Source: Lama guanicoe (taxonomy: Eukaryota). From it: DNA of 44,331 bases. The DNA is taken from contig MU053762.1 of assembly GCA_013239625.1 (NCBI GenBank), forward strand, positions 147,424 to 191,754, given 5' to 3'. The notes beneath the pieces were generated by a model. It was given only the letters and a program-made list of their open reading frames with translations, was not told the DNA's origin and ran no database searches. Positions 1 to 12,700 of this stretch are shown here, piece by piece; positions within the stretch are counted from its first letter, which is position 1; the number at the start of each line of letters is the position of its first letter. The position numbers were made by a program, and so were the translations under genes.

Positions 1-460
1 AGGACGGGGGTGGGGGCAGGCTTATGGGGCAGCTGGGCGGTTCCGGGGCTGGCGGGGCCGCGCGGATGTCCTCAGCTGCAGGTGGCGCCGGCCGGAGGCT
101 GGGGCGGTCCTGCCACCAGTGGGCGGGGCAGCGGGGCAGCGGCACCCCCACCTGTCCGTGTGCGGGGCTCAGCCTGGGCTCCGTGGCCTTCGCTTGCACC
201 GGACGTGGACCCAGGCTGCCGGTGGACAAGATAGAGGACTGAGCCCAGGCACGCACGGCTGTCCAGGTAGGGCACATGAAGTGCAGATCCGCCAGGCCCG
301 CTGCCGGCCTTGAATTCGCGCTGCTGGGCAGTTTCCAAGAAGACAAGGTCTGTCCCAAGAGGGGAGGTAGGTCAGGGGTGCCAGATGCCTGGTTGGGTGC
401 GGTCTCACAGGAGAGCCACGGTGAGAGGGCGCAGAGCGGCCCCTGTGTTGGCGGGGCTAG
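1..460. promoter_or_regulatory. CpG-rich, very GC-rich segment; probable edge of a CpG island
   Basis: Many unmutated CpGs and GC boxes (GGGCGG at ~35, ~102 and ~121). CpG density drops after ~460. Confidence 0.5.
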
Positions 461-1201
461 GAATTTGGGGTATGGGTTGGGGATGGTGTGTGCCATGCTC
501 TGTGGTTTCCCCAAGAACTCTCACCCCCGAGCAAGGGACCCTGCTCCCTCCACCCTTCACTGCATCCCCTGCCTACCCCAGCACCACCGCCCCTGCACCC
601 GGAGTCCCATGACCTCTGTCCACACCAGGTACTGTCCCTGTTACAGGTACTGAGCTCCTGGTGGCTCCAGCCCGAGGGTGGGGGCTGTATCTGATCAGTT
701 AGGACACCTGAAGCCTTTGTATGAAACCTCAGACCATAATGCAGGCGTGCACAGAGGCCCCTCAAACAGGATTCCCTGCATGGCCCTCCCCACCACGCAC
801 CCACAGTGCAGCTGCCACACCAGGCCAAGCCTGCCGGAGGACCGCTGGTCCCTCTCCTCCTGTCCCTGATCAAGAGTGCACCGCCCACACTGCTGGGTAT
901 TTAGGGGGTCTTAGAAGAGCAGCTGGTATTTTCATGGGCAAATATAAAATATTTGCTGGGAAGATTTGAGTGCAAAGGGATGTAGGGTATGCTTTTTCTG
1001 TTGCCCTGGAACTGGTGACTAGGATGCAAACTTAAAGTCAAAGCAGTTTTTAGAGAGAGCCACAAAACATCTCACAACCAAAGATCACTGTTCCCCAACA
1101 AAGGCAAAACCACTTGGCGGGTGGGGGACCTGGCCCCTCTTTCTGGAGGTTGGGGTTTGCACCCTTCAGCTGGGACAGAGCCCAAAACAGCTCTGAACAT
1201 G

Positions 1202-1740
1202 CTCCAACAGGCTTTTCCTATACAAACTGCCTTTCTTTTGAATCTGGGTGAAGGAACCAGCTGAGAAATCTGGGTAAGTCTTCCTGGGTGTAATCTTGCC
1301 TTTTATGCTAAATGAAAGAGCGGCTCTCCACATGCTAACATCTTAGAACTGTCGAAGCCTTCATGCATGTAGCGTGTTGGGAACAGCGTTTCATGGTGAG
1401 GGGAACTATATAACTTACATGTGTATGGGGAAGCCCTCACTCCAACAGGCTTTTCCTGTGCAAACTGCCTTTATTTCAGAATTGGCTCTTGCTGAGAAAT
1501 CTTGGAAAGTGTTCCTGGGTGTAACCATGCCCATTATGCTGGATGAAAGAGCGGCTCTACACTTGTTCACATCTCAGAAATGAATGTGTGTTGAAGCCGT
1601 CATTCATGTAGCGTGTTGGGAACACAGAGTTTCGTGGTGAGAAGAACTATGTAAATTACATGTCTATGATGAAGCACTCGCTCGAACTGGGTATTCCAGC
1701 ACATACTGCCTTTATTTCGAAACTGGCTTCTCAGAAGACC
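1202..1740. repeat. Degenerate tandem repeat, ~240-bp unit, ~2.3 copies
   Basis: Units start ctccaacaggcttttcct (1202), ctccaacaggcttttcct (1440) and ctcgaactgggtattcc (1681). Shared blocks include actgccttt, gctgagaaatct, atgaaagagcggctct and catgtagcgtgttgggaaca. Periods are 238 and 241. Confidence 0.9.
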
Positions 1741-4700
1741 TGTGGTCTCCACTGCAGGTCTGGCTCCAAGCCCAGGGCCAGCATGGTGACTCTGCTCCCT
1801 CTGTCCATTCTGGGAGGTCTAGGTGTCCTCCATGGCCCTTCCACCATTGTTTCTTTTGGAAACACCCCACAGATGAAATGGGCCTGAGAACAGGAGAGCG
1901 GGATGCCAACAGCGACTGCCCAGCGTGTGGCCCCTGGGAGGGGTATCTCCTCTCCGTGGGCTCTGATCTCCCCTCCCCTCTCCCCCACCCCCACCCCTCT
2001 CCTCCTGCATTTCCTGATTGATCCCTGGATAATGGTCCTTACCAGGACTGACCTGGGAGAAGTTTTATGAGTCTTTAAGGGAAAAAAAAAAAAAGAAATC
2101 TTTAGACAAATTACTGAAAGTAACTTCCAGCTTTCCCGGGAAAGTCATTTTTCCAATGTTTAAGGCTAGTTGACAAGGTGTCACGTTGCCTAACCACTCA
2201 CATCTAAGCAAGGGCTACCTCTCTCTCCAGCTCTCCACAGCATCCACCTGTGGCAATTTAGCCACGAGAGGGCAAGAAAGCTCTTTCCCCACGCCAGCGC
2301 CAGCATGACTTTGGAGGCAGGGGAGGCCGAGAGAAAGGGCCCCGCCTTGAGGTTTGGGGGGCCTCCAGCCACAGCCAGAGGAGCGGGGGTTTTCAGAGCG
2401 GCCCAGCACGGAAACCAGGCAAGGCCACCTGACCTAAGTCTTCCCTGCCCAGAGAGCCCCATGATCTGCTTTGGGCCCCACTCCCCGTTCGGGCCCCCTA
2501 CAAAAAGTTACCATGGGATCCACCCCTGAGAAGGGAGGAGGACGGCCCTTTGGCCTGGGGTCCCAGCAGGTGTGTCCTATGAGACCTGTGGCCACATATC
2601 TTCCTTGTCTCTCCAGGTCACTGAAGTGTCCATGCTGGGCACCCTCGTGGTCAGGGACATGGGAACAACTCTAAACTCTGAAGAAGGACACAAAGACCCT
2701 TCTGGAAGCAAGGATTCCAGGAAGATGCCTTGCCCAGAACTGGCGGACTGTGTCCTGAGTAGACCCCTGGGAGGCAGTGTGGGGCTGTGGGGTCCTCTTC
2801 AGAGAAGGGAGCAGGTGTGCTTTCTGGAGGTGGGGCCCAGCTTTGTTCAGTCATGTCCTCGTGTGAGACTCATTTACAAACACCTCCCAGTCCACCTAGG
2901 GGTGGCCCCAGGGGTGGGGGCAGAGGAGGAGAGTGAAGGGGGCAGCCTTAGGGCACCCTGACCCACACAGGGAGCCAAGGGTCAGTGGGAACATCTTGGG
3001 AGTCCAGTGCAGGGGTGGAGGACAAGCACTAAGAACATGCCAAGTCATGCAATAAAGTGACCCGTGTCCATGAGACACAGGAGGGAGATAGAAATTTAGA
3101 CCCAGGCTCTGAGAACCTTGAGAGGGGCTGGAGGGTCCCAGGAGCCCTCAGGAACAGCTCTTCTAGGGGCCCAGATATCCCAATACACACATTTCTAATG
3201 GATGCTTTTTGGGGTGCAGAGTTACCAGGATCCTGAACTTAGTATGGAATCCCACCCCCTTGTTCATCATGGTTCCTGGCAATAAATTTCTGTCATTTGT
3301 CCCTGGACATGCACAGGGGAGCTGACTGCTGTGGGGGTCACTGCAGGACAAGAATCTTCTGGTGTGGGCTCTGTGACCACAGAAACCCAGGGGGATTTCT
3401 TAACGGGAGCATCTGGGGACCATGCCTGCCAGGACCACCCTCATGGGATGGCAAATGAGCCCATGGTACCCAGGCCACCAAGTGACCAAGTTGTGAGGCT
3501 ACCTGGGGTTTCCTAGGGGCATGTAGATTTCTGTAGCCAGCACTTGGGCCCAGCACAGTGGGATGGTCTGCCCAAAGAGGGGCCTGTCCTCCTGATGATG
3601 GCTCCTAACACCTGCAGGGAAACTGCTCCCACGGCTCCTGGAGGTCCGTAGTGAGAGTGTCCTGCCAGCCATGTGGGGCCACCTCCCCCTGATGCAGAGG
3701 CAGACCTCTCCCCCTTGAGGCCGAGGGGACACCTGGCTCAGGTCCCACCTGTGTGCCCTGGACACGCAGAGCCCCGGAGCTCTGGCACAGCCTCGGGTGT
3801 GGTCGTATCAGGGCAGGGAAGGCCCAGGGAAGGGGCTCATTCAAGGGCAGAGGCCACTCTGTAGGGATGCTGGACCTGGCAGCGATGCACTGCTTCAGAA
3901 CTCCCCTGGGCTGGGTTTCCAAGCTGTGGGGTGGAAGGGCCTCTCCTTCCTGCGGTGCAGTTTGGGGAACTAGATCCATCGTCAATGTCAGCCCTGAAAA
4001 TGAAAGCTGGAAAGAAAAATCAGGCCCCTCCAGCCCAGGTGACTCAGAAAGTCATTCAGCAATGTTCGGGGTCCCCACTTTAGGCTTTGAATAAGAGCTG
4101 AGCTGCTCAGGAGGCCAGATCCCTGTCCGTGGCTCCAGGAGCAGGCTTTCTGCTGGGGGACAGGATCCTCACAAACACCTGTGTCTTTGTGGGACACTCC
4201 CCTCTGACCAGCTGGGAGGCAGGGTGCAGTTGTGGGAAATCGTGTTTCCATGAGCAGAGGGCCACCAAGTGGTGGGGGCACAGGAGACAGTGAGAATGAG
4301 TCCCGCAGCCTTTCTGGAATCAAAAAACTGGCAAATGTGAAAAAGTGCATAATTTGTTTTATTGAACAGGCTGCTTATGTACGTTTGGAGGGCCAGGTTC
4401 AAGGACTCTGCATCCCTCCAGGACAAGAGCCTCAAGAGAACAGACAGAGCAGGAGGAGCTCTGGGATTTCTCCCAAGAATGAGGCAGAACAGGGATTTCT
4501 GCAGATTTGCAAGGAGTCCCCAACCACTGAGCACGGGGTTACAACCCCACATGACCCCTGTCGTGTTTGGCTTGGGCTCTGGGTCTGACCTGATCATGTA
4601 TTCTTCCAGCTGAGTTCCAGAGACTCAGATGGTGGACTTAGAGGGGCTGCACTTCAAACCTAGTGAGGAAATGGAGGGTCCTTTATATTGAGTTTCTTCA

Positions 4701-5139
4701 GCCTAATCACTATAGCTGATGCCCAACACCCTCCAGGTCCTCAGGGTGGCCGTGGAGGGAGAGCAAACCCAGCAGGTGACCTAGGGCTCCCACTGCTGTG
4801 TCCCTCCATTGTCTTCATTCCCTTTCACCCCAGAAGGTGTGATTCTCTCGTGTCATGATGGCCACCGCAGTGTCCCTCCCAGCAATCTCTCTTCTCCATC
4901 ACGTGGGGTCCCCACCCCCGCTCAGCCTTCTCTCTGCATGGATGCTGAAGGACCAGGCCCACCTGAAGTTCTGAGTTTAAGCAGTAAGGTGGAAACAAAG
5001 AAACCAATGGAAACAAAGAAGCAAGTGATTGTGGCAAAGCTCCCCAACACAGAGAAGCTGCCCTGAGTGGAAGGGAGGGTGTGGGCATGCCCATTTGTTT
5101 CCTGTCTCCCAGTGCTCTTAGCTTTCTTATTGCAGACCT

Positions 5140-5220
5140 GCATGGTTACAACAAAATGATCTGCAAAATTGAAAATATCTACTCTCTCGCTTTTACAGAA
5201 AAGATTGGCCAGCCTCTGGT
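5140..5220 (+). mobile_element. MER58-like hAT-Charlie MITE end fragment
   Basis: tgcaaaattgaaaatatctactctctcgcttttacagaaaagattggccagcctctg resembles the MER58A 3' end. Confidence 0.55.
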
Positions 5221-6097
5221 CCTGGTACCAGGCAAGTGATTGGAGTTCCTTTCCAGTTTGGAAACATCTGGGCCGGCCTAGGTTTGCAAAAGTCTTTAAG
5301 AGTAGTTACGGAGTTTTGCTTCTAAAATTTTTTACTGCTGTATATACTTCTGAGATGCGGTTGTGCTGTGTAATTCTGAGCCAGGATTTTCTCAAACTAT
5401 TTCTCACTTCTTATACCAGACATTCCTAAACTCCAAGGGGAACTGGATATTAAGGAAGCCATGGAATTTAGGAAAAGGATACAGATCTCATTTCCTTTTA
5501 ACCATTGATGTACCTCCATCCTGGCAGTATTATGTGTTATTCATAGGGGAACTAAATAGTAACCAGATTAATAGAAAATAGGGGATTTAAGATATACAAG
5601 TTCATCTTTTCAACATTTTTTGTAATATTTGCAGTTTAAGATGACAATTCCTGAAAAACAGGCAGCCCGTTTGAATGAAATAGCATTTCCTCTGAACCGT
5701 ACTTTGTTTTTATTTCATAGACAGCAGGAAGGGTAATCACACATCACACATTTGGGGACGACAAACATAAAATGTAACTTTCTGGGAGCACACTCCCCCG
5801 TCTCCCTCTGCTCTTTTCACTGTCCCATTCTCCCTGGAAGGCTCTTTCTTATCTTCTGCTCATGGCTCCAATAACTCTTTCTTCCTCCTCATTCCTCAGC
5901 TGGTAAGTTTACTTTTCTACTTTGAACAAGCAAACAAGCCAAGAGAAGAGAAATTTCACCAGCAACTCCCAGCACATCTGCTTGTCTTCTGATGTCTGTG
6001 ACCTCACTCTCACTGCCCCACCTCTTATTACAGGTGACATCGAAAGTCAGTTCCTCCAAAAGTCCCTGGGGCCGCCATCCATCCAATCTTCCCCAGG

Positions 6098-6171
6098 NNN
6101 NNNNNNNNNNNNNNNNNNNNNNNNNNNNNNNNNNNNNNNNNNNNNNNNNNNNNNNNNNNNNNNNNNNNNNN
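6098..6171. other. Assembly gap
   Basis: Run of N. Confidence 1.
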
Positions 6172-6269
6172 ATATAAACGTCTCTTAAACAAACAGCACT
6201 CCTTGAACCTAATTCACCCCCACCAGTTGCCACCCTGTGTCTTTGCAGCAAATCTTTAAGGAGTAGTTT

Positions 6270-8245
6270 AAACTCACTGTCTGCATCTTCTCTTGAGCCA
6301 TCCCGTTGTACACCCACTCTGGCTTTTCCCCAGATCCCTCGCTCTATGGAAACTGCTCTGTCAAGGCCATCAGTGACCCCATGTTGCTAAATAGAGTGGT
6401 CAGTTTTTAGTCTTCATCATGCGTGGCCCTTTGGCAGCATTTGACCCAGCTCTTCCATCCCTCCTCCCCTGTGTTCCCGCTTTACTTGGCCTCCAGCCCA
6501 TTGCTCTGCTTTTGACCCACTGGCTGGTCTTTTTGCCAATGTCTGCTCTCTTTTTCCAAACATTTACTGCAAATGTGCCCCGGAGTTGGGTCCTGGGTCT
6601 CTCCCCTATCTCTCTGCTATACCTTTGGTGGAAGCAACCAGACTTGGAAATTGACATGCCATCAATTTCTCGATTTGTCCAAAACTCCCTGATTTGCCCT
6701 TTCCATTTGGAACTCTCTCCCTGATACTCATATTCTTTTTCTTTCATTCATCTTGCTTTCACATTCATACATATGCTCTACTATGTAAATTACTTTTCCA
6801 AATTTTGAATCAGTCCATACATATCATGTAAAATGCTCAGATCTCTATTATTTCCACTAAGATGCTTATTCTACCTTAGAACCTTTCTGCATTTCTGTAT
6901 TTATGTGAATAAGGTGGATAGTATTTCTACAAGCCTCATAGATAAACAGTGTGTTTGTTTGGGGCTATTACATAATATGAAATAATGATACCTCAACATA
7001 GTCCTTTTTCATTTATTTTTATGTAACACCGAGATGAGGTTTTTGCACTGAAGACTGGTTTTATTGAAATGTTACCTACCTTATGGACAGTCAATTTATG
7101 TGAAAGCCATCATTTCTCCCCTTTTCTGATATATTTTCCATTTGGCTATATATAACATATACCTTGGCATGAAATAAAATTCCAAGTTCATTCACATAAT
7201 ACAATTAATATATTTAAATTATATTTTTTAATGTTAAAAAGAAAGAAAAAAATGCAGACTCCTCTACCTATTAGGCATTTCTGTGGCAATATCTAATAGA
7301 CCCCTTAACCATGACATTGAAGAACTGAGCTGATTCCAGCCCTTTTCCACCTGCTCAGCCTCACCTTGTCCCATCCCCTGTGGATGGAGAGGACATCCCT
7401 CCCATTGTCTAGGTCCAGATGTTGGAACCATGTTCTTTCTCTCTCTTTCTCTTCCACACACACAAGCAAATCCAGCTTGTTAGAAAATTCTGGCTACTCT
7501 GTCTTCATTAACCACCTACTCCCAGCTACCTGCCCTCATAGAAGACACCTTCAGCCCCTTCCTGGACACCAAATAGCCTCTTTCTTCCATCTGTGCTTTT
7601 CTACAATCTCTCATCCACACAGAGTCAGAGGGAGCCTTTAAAAGCATACATTGAAGGGGTGAGTGTAGCTCAGTGGTAGAGCGCATGCTTAGAATGCATG
7701 AGATCCTGGGTTCAATCCCCAGAACCTTCATTAAAATAAATGAATTACCCTCCCCCCCAAAAAAAACAAAACCAAAGCATAAATTGGACTACATCACTCA
7801 TACCATCAAAACTCACTAAAAGGGTCACCATTTCATTAGGAGCCAAAGTCGTCACGAAGGCTTCCAGGATCCGGCATGCTCTGCCCCTCTACCCACACTC
7901 TCCCCCTCACTCTGGGGGCCTCTGGCTCCTGCTATTCCTTCTTCCTCCGGATCTATTCTGCTTCAAGTTCATTACTCCATGAGATCTGCCAGGATTTGCT
8001 TATTCCCTCCTGCCTGCCTCCCACCCCACGGCCATCACCTGAGTTTGCTCATATCACTCTTATTTTTCCCCAAGCTCTTGCTACCTCCAACATGCTGCCT
8101 GTTTCCTCTGCTAAAACTCTGAGCCCCCAGTGATGGGGAGTCGTGTCTGTTTTGTTGACTAATAAAGCCTGAGAGCCTTGGGAATGGGTCTAGTTACTAG
8201 ATTCCCATATGTAGTAGGAGCTTATACAGATTTGCTGAATGAATG
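6270..8245 (+). mobile_element. LINE-2 fossil (RT-region remnant to 3' end), interrupted by later insertions
   Basis: L2-type text ggaaactgctctgtcaaggccatcagtgacccccatgttgctaaat...gcagcatttgac at 6347-6445. L2 3' end gatttgctgaatgaatg at ~8230-8245. Confidence 0.75.
7654..7773 (+). mobile_element. Vic-1-type camelid SINE (tRNA-Ala derived)
   Basis: A box gtagctcagtggtagagc and B box gggttcaatcc, then an AT-rich tail, attaccctccccc and poly-A. TSD aaagcata(c/a)attg at 7641-7653 and 7774-7786. Confidence 0.92.
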
Positions 8246-9339
8246 CAGAGGCCCTGGTCCAATCCGATGGAGCACTTCTGTGTCCTGCTCAAAGAATAAC
8301 TCTCCTTTCCTCCTGAGAGGGGTGACCACTTTCTTGGTGATCAAAGGCAAGATCTTTTTGCTTTATGCTGTTAACCTTAGGCGGGAAGACTGGGGGATCT
8401 TCATATATATTTTAAAATTTGATTCACTCTGCAGTTTGTCCTCGGTCTATGTATCCTTTTGAGAAACCGTTTATAACTGATCATTCTTCCATCAGATTGA
8501 ACAGGGTCCAGGGGGGAGAACCAAGCCTGTCCCATCGGCCATCCTGTGTGTCATGTCCTGTGACCCAGTGGATGCTCAGCACATAAGTGAACAGACAGGA
8601 GTGAGTGAAGAGATGGGAGCATCTCCTTATTGTGGTGGCTGCTCTCTGTCCGATGCCTTGATATTTGGGGTAGGGCTTACAAGTGCGGAGGGGTGAGGAC
8701 AGGGCCTCTGTGCTCTTCCTGAGTGCCCTGGCCTTACCCATTCCCCCAACCCCCTCTGGGCAGCCAAGCCCAGGAGCTGGGCCACCGGCGGTTGTGCTGA
8801 TCAATAATCCACCTTCACCCCAAGTCCGGGGGTAGGAGTGGCCAGCACACCTTGTTGTAGACTCTGGAGTCAGGCCCTTGGAGGAATTCCTCACTGAACG
8901 ATGTTTTGGACCTTTTATTTTTCTCTATAGCCTCCAGCTGAAGAAGCAGATTGCCTTAGATACATGAAAGGTGAGGACGCCTACTGTCCCCATGGAGCCC
9001 AGGTGGGGCTGGGAGTCTGCTGTTTGTACAGCCGGTGGGCTTGTATTGCTTTGGGCATCCCTGTGCCTGAATTCCTGCAGTACACTCGGTGGTAAGGATG
9101 GGGGTGCCTGGCAGGGAGGTAAGCGGGTCGGGAGACTGCACAGCTGGGGAGACGTTAACCTGCGGTGAGTGGGAGCCGACTGATGCATGGCATCTCGGTG
9201 CAGGGAACTCTCCACACTCAGAGGGGTTCCCACTCCTGCAGAGGCCCTTTGATCAGGGTGCTGGGCTGTCAGCACAGCAGGGTCCCTGTGAGGATCATGG
9301 TACCTTCAGGCAGTGGGAAGTGAGGGGTCCAGCGGCACT

Positions 9340-9445
9340 TAAATTAACTGTGCACCCGAAGCCAGCCCTTGTCTCTTTCAGCCTGTTTCCTAATCTGGAA
9401 AACTGGAATGATGTTAACCATCCCACGGGGTCGTTGATGGGCTGG
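9340..9445 (+). mobile_element. MIR fragment
   Basis: MIR core-like tcagcctgtttcctaatctggaaaactggaatgatg. Confidence 0.5.
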
Positions 9446-9454
9446 GACACACTA

Positions 9455-9780
9455 GACACTCAGGAGCTGGAATTGCTCTGTCCCTTGATTGTTTTCCTTC
9501 CTTCCCACTATCTGCTCTCACAAGCTCAGTCTCTCTGTCTCTCTCTCTTATTCACTTGTAACTTTCTCTCCTGCTCTGATTTCATTTGATTCCCACCCTC
9601 CTCCCAATCCCCAGATGAGTGAACTTGATTTCTGTGTGTCAGTTCCAAATTCCCAGGAAAGATGTTCTGTCCCCTCTGGATTGGTTGTCCAACCCATCAG
9701 TTGCAGCCAGAGGATAGAGTCCCTCTGGGACCAGCGGAGGGGCTCTGCCCAGCCCCCCAGCCACCACTGTGGGAGCACAT
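9455..9780. mobile_element. Probable old MaLR (MLT1-like) LTR fragment
   Basis: gttccaaattcccaggaaagatgttctg...ccaacccatcagttgcagccagagg resembles MLT1 LTR text from memory. Confidence 0.35.
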
Positions 9781-12700
9781 AGCTCTCCGAGGAGGAGGTA
9801 CTGGCTGTGACTTGGTGTCACTAAGTGTGAATTTATGTCTCCTCTTGCCCCACCATCGTCCTCCTAAACAAAGATGAAAATTAAACACTCCCAGGATTTG
9901 TGTCATGGAACACTCAGGATGGGGGCTAAGGGGGCTGGATTCCCTGCTGCGTTTTAGGGGCTACAGTGACTCCCCAACGAGAGCCTGAAAAGGGAACAGC
10001 ACCGGCCCCACCCGGCACTTAGGGCACTGAGTCTGCATGACATTGAGCCAGGCTTCTGACCACAGCTCAGGGGTCTGGTCCGACCGGTTAGTCTTTGAAA
10101 CCAACCAGTTTTGGATTCCTCAATCCCTCCCTGAGGTTTTACCTGAAACACCAGCTTCTGTATCTCTGAAGACAGATGATGAGGACCCTTCACGTAAGGC
10201 ATTTGCACAGCCCTGTGCGGGAATTTGTGCTGCACGGTCTGCCCGGCGAGCTGACCGAAGTTGGTATTTTACTGATCTTAGAAATAGTCTGGTTTCCTGA
10301 TGCACTATTTCACTGAACAAGCAACAGAAGCCACCTCTGGCTGATAAAAGCAATAAAGGGACTTAATGAAAATGTACTGGGAGGGTGCGTGGAGTGGCCC
10401 GGACCAGAGCCGACCCGGGGGCCGTGGGAGGTGTTGGGGAGCCCCAGGCACCAGGCTGGGCAGGGCGCTACCGGGCCCCCTGCTGCCCCAGCAAGGACCC
10501 CCCTTCTCCTGACCCTCCACCTCACTGTAGGTTCAAGTCCCGGCAGGGCCAGGTCACAATGAAGCCACCGGCACACACCTCAATGGGGGAGTTGGCCCCA
10601 TCTCAGCTGAAGGCGTGCCTGGTGTGGGGAGAGGCCCAGTTAGAGGGAGGTGGTTCCCCTACTGCTCCGAGTTAAGGTGCAATTCAGTGCCCGTCACTCA
10701 GGAGAGCCAGGCTGCTCGGACCTCATTGTGGTGACTAAGCCATCTGTGTTCACTTACTACTTTTTATGTTGCAAGTCCCTGGAGGGAGCAAAAGTGGAGG
10801 TTCTACTACTTATTTTATATTTCCCACATACCAGGTGCAGTAAGCAAGCCACTTCAGACAAGGCCTAGAGCAACCACGTTAATAGGCCACAGAGCAAGTC
10901 ATGCAGTCAGGCCTCTGTGGCCCCGAAACCCGTGTCCCCATCAGCTCCGTAGTTACCAGTGGAAGTTGTAGGGATTTATGGGACTGTGTGTTCCTGTGGG
11001 GGCTGGGATGCGTGTGTTAAAATCCACATCTTCAGAAACTCGGCTAGAACCACAGCCACTGATTGTCTGCATGGAGGCAGAGGAGGGGAGACTTGTAGCC
11101 TCTGGTCCAGCTTGTGAGGAGCTCAGAAGTTGCTCCTTCTGTCCTGAAAACAACACCAGAGCTGAGGGAGCTGCAAACCCACTGCTCTTCTTAGATCCAC
11201 CAGAAAACTGAGGGGAAAAGCTGCTCCCAACCCAGAGAGGCAGCCGGGCAGGCTTGAAGAGTCACAGCTCCCAGGGAAGGACCCACTTTTGTAAGAACCC
11301 CGGGGGCAGGCAGATTTAACAGGTCCCTGAGGCCAGCGGGAGGCTCAGCGTGGGGAAGTCTGAGTGTGACAACTCCAGGGGGCCAGTCAGAGGGGCCCCC
11401 TGCTCTTTTTCATGCATTTTACCTCCAGGACCATGCCCTATTCTCAGAGTGAAGATCAGAGAAGAACCCCTCATGCTTCCTGCCAGGAAAGGAGAAAATA
11501 GCTCTATTGAAATACACCCAGAACATTCTCTTCCGTTGTGGGGGGTTGTGTATTTTTTTTAATGAGAAATTATTTTGCCAGAGCCTAACCAACCTGGGGG
11601 AAGGGAAATACCTTCTGTGTCACCCAAATTGGGATGGGGGGAAAGAGACACACTTGTGGAGGTCACAGCTCAGGGTACAGTTTCAATGAGAACTAATCAC
11701 AGAACTACAGATGCCCTGCTCTGTCCCGCTCCCCCAACCCCTTATCTCCATGTCAGTAGGGCCCCTGTGTAATAACAGGAATAAAACTAAAAGAAGTAAA
11801 TGTCTCAGCAGTGCTAGGGAAAACCCAAAGACAGTGGGGAGATGAAAACAAGGACACACAGGCGGCTTTAGCCTCTCACACCAATAGCTGTAGCAAACTA
11901 CACACAGCCCAGCCCCAGTAGATTAATAGAAAACCTCACAGAAGAAACTATAAATTTTGGTTCTCTTACCCAGTGCATTCCATGGTGCATCCTCGCCTAG
12001 AATTGAGGGGAAGCAAGTCCATTTCAGAAGGGACATAACTGAAGAGGGATGGCTTTCCAGACTCCGACCGGCAGAGGGAGCACCAGCCTGGGTGAGAGCA
12101 CGGTGAGGGGTGGGGTAGGGGGTGGGCTGCCTCCTTCCCCAAATAAGGAACCTTCCTGAGGCCAGCACTGTGGGAGGGAGGGCCTTGGGGTGGAAGCAGC
12201 CAGACTTCTTCCTGAGAACTGATGGGATGCCTCCAAGGGACCATTCAGGTGCCCAAACTTGGCCTTGAGGCTGGGAGCCAGTCTGTCTGCCTCAGAGCCC
12301 AGGACTGAGGTGGGCGCACAGCAGGTCTTACTTGGCCGGGGCCATTTCACTTCCCTGTGTAAAACATGAAGCATGGAAGGCAAGGGGAGCACAGCTCTGC
12401 CCTCAAGACCAGTTTCAAGTTCTGTCTTCCCAGAGTGTTATGGAAGCGACAGGCCAGTCAAGAAACAAGCACCACTCGGAGGGTTGGAGTACTCAGATGT
12501 ATTATGCCAGCGGGCTCCGAGGGGCTTCTGCTCCAAAGCTCTGAGCACCTCCAAGACGTGCGCATGAGGTTTTATAAGGTAAAGTGCAAGCTTGGGGTAT
12601 TCGGCCAATAGGCATGGAACAGCTTTAGCACCATTATCATCACAAAAGCGGAGGCTGGAGGCAGCAAACCACCATTCCAAAGCCAGATATGTATCTTCAA

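Noticed and set aside
1374..1887. ORFs across the 240-bp repeat as a repeat-protein or zinc-finger gene
   Set aside because: No C2H2 pattern, unit lengths 238 and 241 are not multiples of three, and there are stops in all frames.
10..5100. Many overlapping 60-140 aa ORFs
   Set aside because: These are expected by chance in GC-rich DNA. They show no recognisable domains or consistent exon structure.
7657..7730. tRNA-Ala-like gene
   Set aside because: It is followed by the SINE tail, poly-A and a TSD, the anticodon loop is mutated, and two more copies occur in the window. It is a SINE head.
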